NCBI GenBank assembly: GCA_951804945.1
Contig: OX638166.1
Coordinates: 11,532,001-11,596,000, forward strand
Source of the DNA: Podarcis cretensis
Lineage: Eukaryota
Direction: 5' to 3'
Length of the DNA: 64,000 nucleotides
Under the pieces are notes generated by a model. The model was not told the origin of the DNA. It ran no database searches and saw only the letters and a program-made list of their open reading frames with translations. This document shows, in pieces, positions 61,554-64,000 of the stretch (the stretch's first letter is position 1; each line of letters starts with the position of its first letter). Made by a program: the position numbers and the translations under genes.

Positions 61554-63253
61554 GTTTAGGTTGTTTTCTTGGGGGGGGGGAGTTGCTGCTGCTACTAATA
61601 TTAATTTTTTGTACCTTTATTTTAGATCGTATCACGATTTATATGGAAATTGTTTAATTTGGTTGTGTACTTTTTGATATTTTATTTATTGTTTACAACT
61701 ACTTTTGCTATGTTTGCAATTATAATTTTTATGTTGTAAGCTGCCTTGAACTGGTTTTAACTATGGAAAGGCAGCATATAAATAAAATGATGTATGTATG
61801 GAACTCTGGGTGAACTTTCTATCAATGTAAAGTCTGCTCTGGACCAGCGTGATATAAGAAGCCTATACTAGGAGTTGTAAGTAGAAAGAAGAGCTAAAGG
61901 CAAAGTAAAATTCATCCTTGCATGGACTATAAAAGAATCCCTTGAAGCTAGCAAGAGACTTTGCAGTTTCATATATAAAAAGAACAGAAATCATGTGGAG
62001 CCACTGTACCTAAAGGATGGAAAGGAGATTAAAGAGCATTTGTCTTGTTTGTCTCAGTTTTTAATCAAAGAAAATGATACCAAACAAGACTGTGCAGAGG
62101 CCTTTTGTCCCCTTCCAACCCAATGATTCTGTGTGTCTGTTAACGGAATAAAGGAATGTAGCATTGACCATAATTAAGCACAACAGTGGTCAAATTCAAC
62201 ATTGTGTCGCTGGACAACACAACTATAAAATCCAGTGCAGCATCTGAATTAAAACAAAATCAAATGAGGGCTGTTAGTGCATTGCTATTCATAGAATCAT
62301 TGAACCACAGAATTGTAGAGTTGGAAGAGACTACCAGGGTCATCTAATCCAACCCCCTGCAATGCAGAAATCTTTTGCCCAACGCGTCATCAGCAGTTAG
62401 AAGTGCCTGCAAGCTGCATGGAGTGTAAACAGCATGGCACACTTACAACAAAAAGGGCCAAAATAATCCCACAAACTGCAAAAGATTTCAAATGCAAAAT
62501 GATTCTAAATTAAACAAGAAGAAACATATTGGTATGTTACACAGAAGTCTAATAAGAAGCTGAAGTAGAAGATCTGAGAACTACCCAAAGATGTGCAAGG
62601 CTAAAAATAAATTCAATTTGGCAAGAAGACCAATAACAATGTTTTTTTTAAAAAAAAAAATTATGGTTTTATACAGCAAATATTGAGTGCTTCATGTACA
62701 TGATCCCAGTAACTCCTACAACTACCCCAGACAGGAAAACTTTCATTATTCCAATATCTCAAGAGATAGTGGAGGAAGCAACGATGTGGGTTCTCCTAAG
62801 CAAATTAGGTTAATTCTTCAGTTTGCATTGTAAATCCTTCAGATGCACTATAGAGCAGCGATGGGAAAGCTCAGGTCCATGGGCCAAATGCAACCTTCCA
62901 GGCCTCTTGTTGTAGTAAACAAAGCTAAAAACTTTGAAACTTTCAAGCTTAGCCAATGCTGTATTTGCAACTGCCATCTATTCACTGTTAGTACTTAACT
63001 TATGAAACAGAAAATATTCCACCCCGCATCATAGGGGAAGAGAGCATTTCGTTGTTTCATTGTTGTCTTCTAAACTTTCTGTATAGCTTGTTTTTTTATA
63101 TATATTTATACCTTTTTTTGCTTATACTGTTTTCTTGCCAATTCTATAATAATTTTAGATGTTTCAATGTTTAATTACACTTGAATGTAATTAATACTGT
63201 GAGCTGCCTTGCAAGGACTAATCCCTGTAAAGTGCCCTACAAATATTTAAATA

Positions 63254-63448
63254 CAGTAGACTCTCGAGTAACGTAAAGTTCAGGTTGTGAAAGCGGCAAA
63301 CTTGGAAGTATTTTTTTTGGATTTCGCCTCTTGCGCATGCACAAAAGCACTCTATCACACTCATGCGCAGAAGCGGCGCCTCTGGATATTTTCCGGGGTG
63401 CGCACAGAACCCCGGAATGAATTAAATTTGTATCCAGAAGGTCCACTG
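63254..63448. mobile_element. Tc1/mariner-type MITE
   Basis: TA|cagtagactctc...gaaggtccactg|TA. Confidence 0.75.
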
Positions 63449-64000
63449 TAAACGACTAAGCTTTTCCATGCATACAAAAGTTGAGTAGGGCCAGTCCCAT
63501 CCCCTTCTCCTTCATAGGACTTTAACTCCTACAATGTCACTGAAGGCTGTCACTGTGTATGTATCCTTGCTGTCATATCCTGGCCCATCCCCTTGGCTGC
63601 TTCATAAAAGGATCCTTCCTTCTCTTGTAGATCCTGGACCCACTGCAGGAATGCCATATTTGCTCTGCAGAAGAAGCCTGCCCAGAGATATATGCAAGTA
63701 TTGTGTGTATCTTCCTTCCATTCCTTTGTGTATGTGCTTATGAAAAGCTTTAAGGAACTGGAACCCCTTATGGCAATCTAAGGATGTCTGGAGACTGGCA
63801 ATAGTGGGCTAACTGCTGGTGGTGTCACTGAGGCTGATGAGGAGGGGTGTTCTGGTGTAATCTTGGCTGTTGCGTGTATGATGGTGCAGATGTGTGTGCT
63901 CAATTTGGTGATTTCATCGGCTGTTAGAAGTGTCTCTGATTGATGGGCTGTACCCACCAATGGGCTGCATTTCAAAAGATTATGCAGGCGGGTGTTGCTT

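Noticed and set aside
46397-64000. KCMF1 exon 1 and promoter
   Set aside because: No CpG island or MSRHEG-coding mini-exon was seen; all of this appears to be intron 1, with exon 1 beyond the window.

Overview
This is eukaryotic (vertebrate) genomic DNA, almost certainly from a squamate and probably a lacertid lizard, judged from its Sauria/Squam1-type SINEs, CR1/L2/L1 remnants and TA-target MITEs. Two genes lie tail-to-tail. On the + strand are the last 13 coding exons of HOOK3 (702..17809, equivalent to human exons 10-22), probably followed by a long 3' UTR to about 25.5 kb. On the - strand are KCMF1 exons 2-7 (46396..29674); exon 1 is outside the window. All exons were placed by hand from splice signals and reading frame, and most entries in the ORF track are spurious. 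Main observations: (1) a 6-nt in-frame HOOK3 microexon (GCTATT, Ala-Ile, 9502..9507) with SRRM3/4-type signals; (2) an AT-AC U12 minor intron in KCMF1; (3) an apparently full-length 1.83-kb ORF1-only (HAL1-like) retroelement in KCMF1 intron 3, with a 16-bp target-site duplication, a structured CpG-rich promoter, an open 188-aa ORF and a poly(A) tail; (4) inverted MITE copies flanking the symmetric ZZ-domain exon of KCMF1; (5) a candidate alternative terminal exon of HOOK3; (6) head-on poly(A) signals between the two genes. Two N-gaps interrupt the KCMF1 3' UTR.
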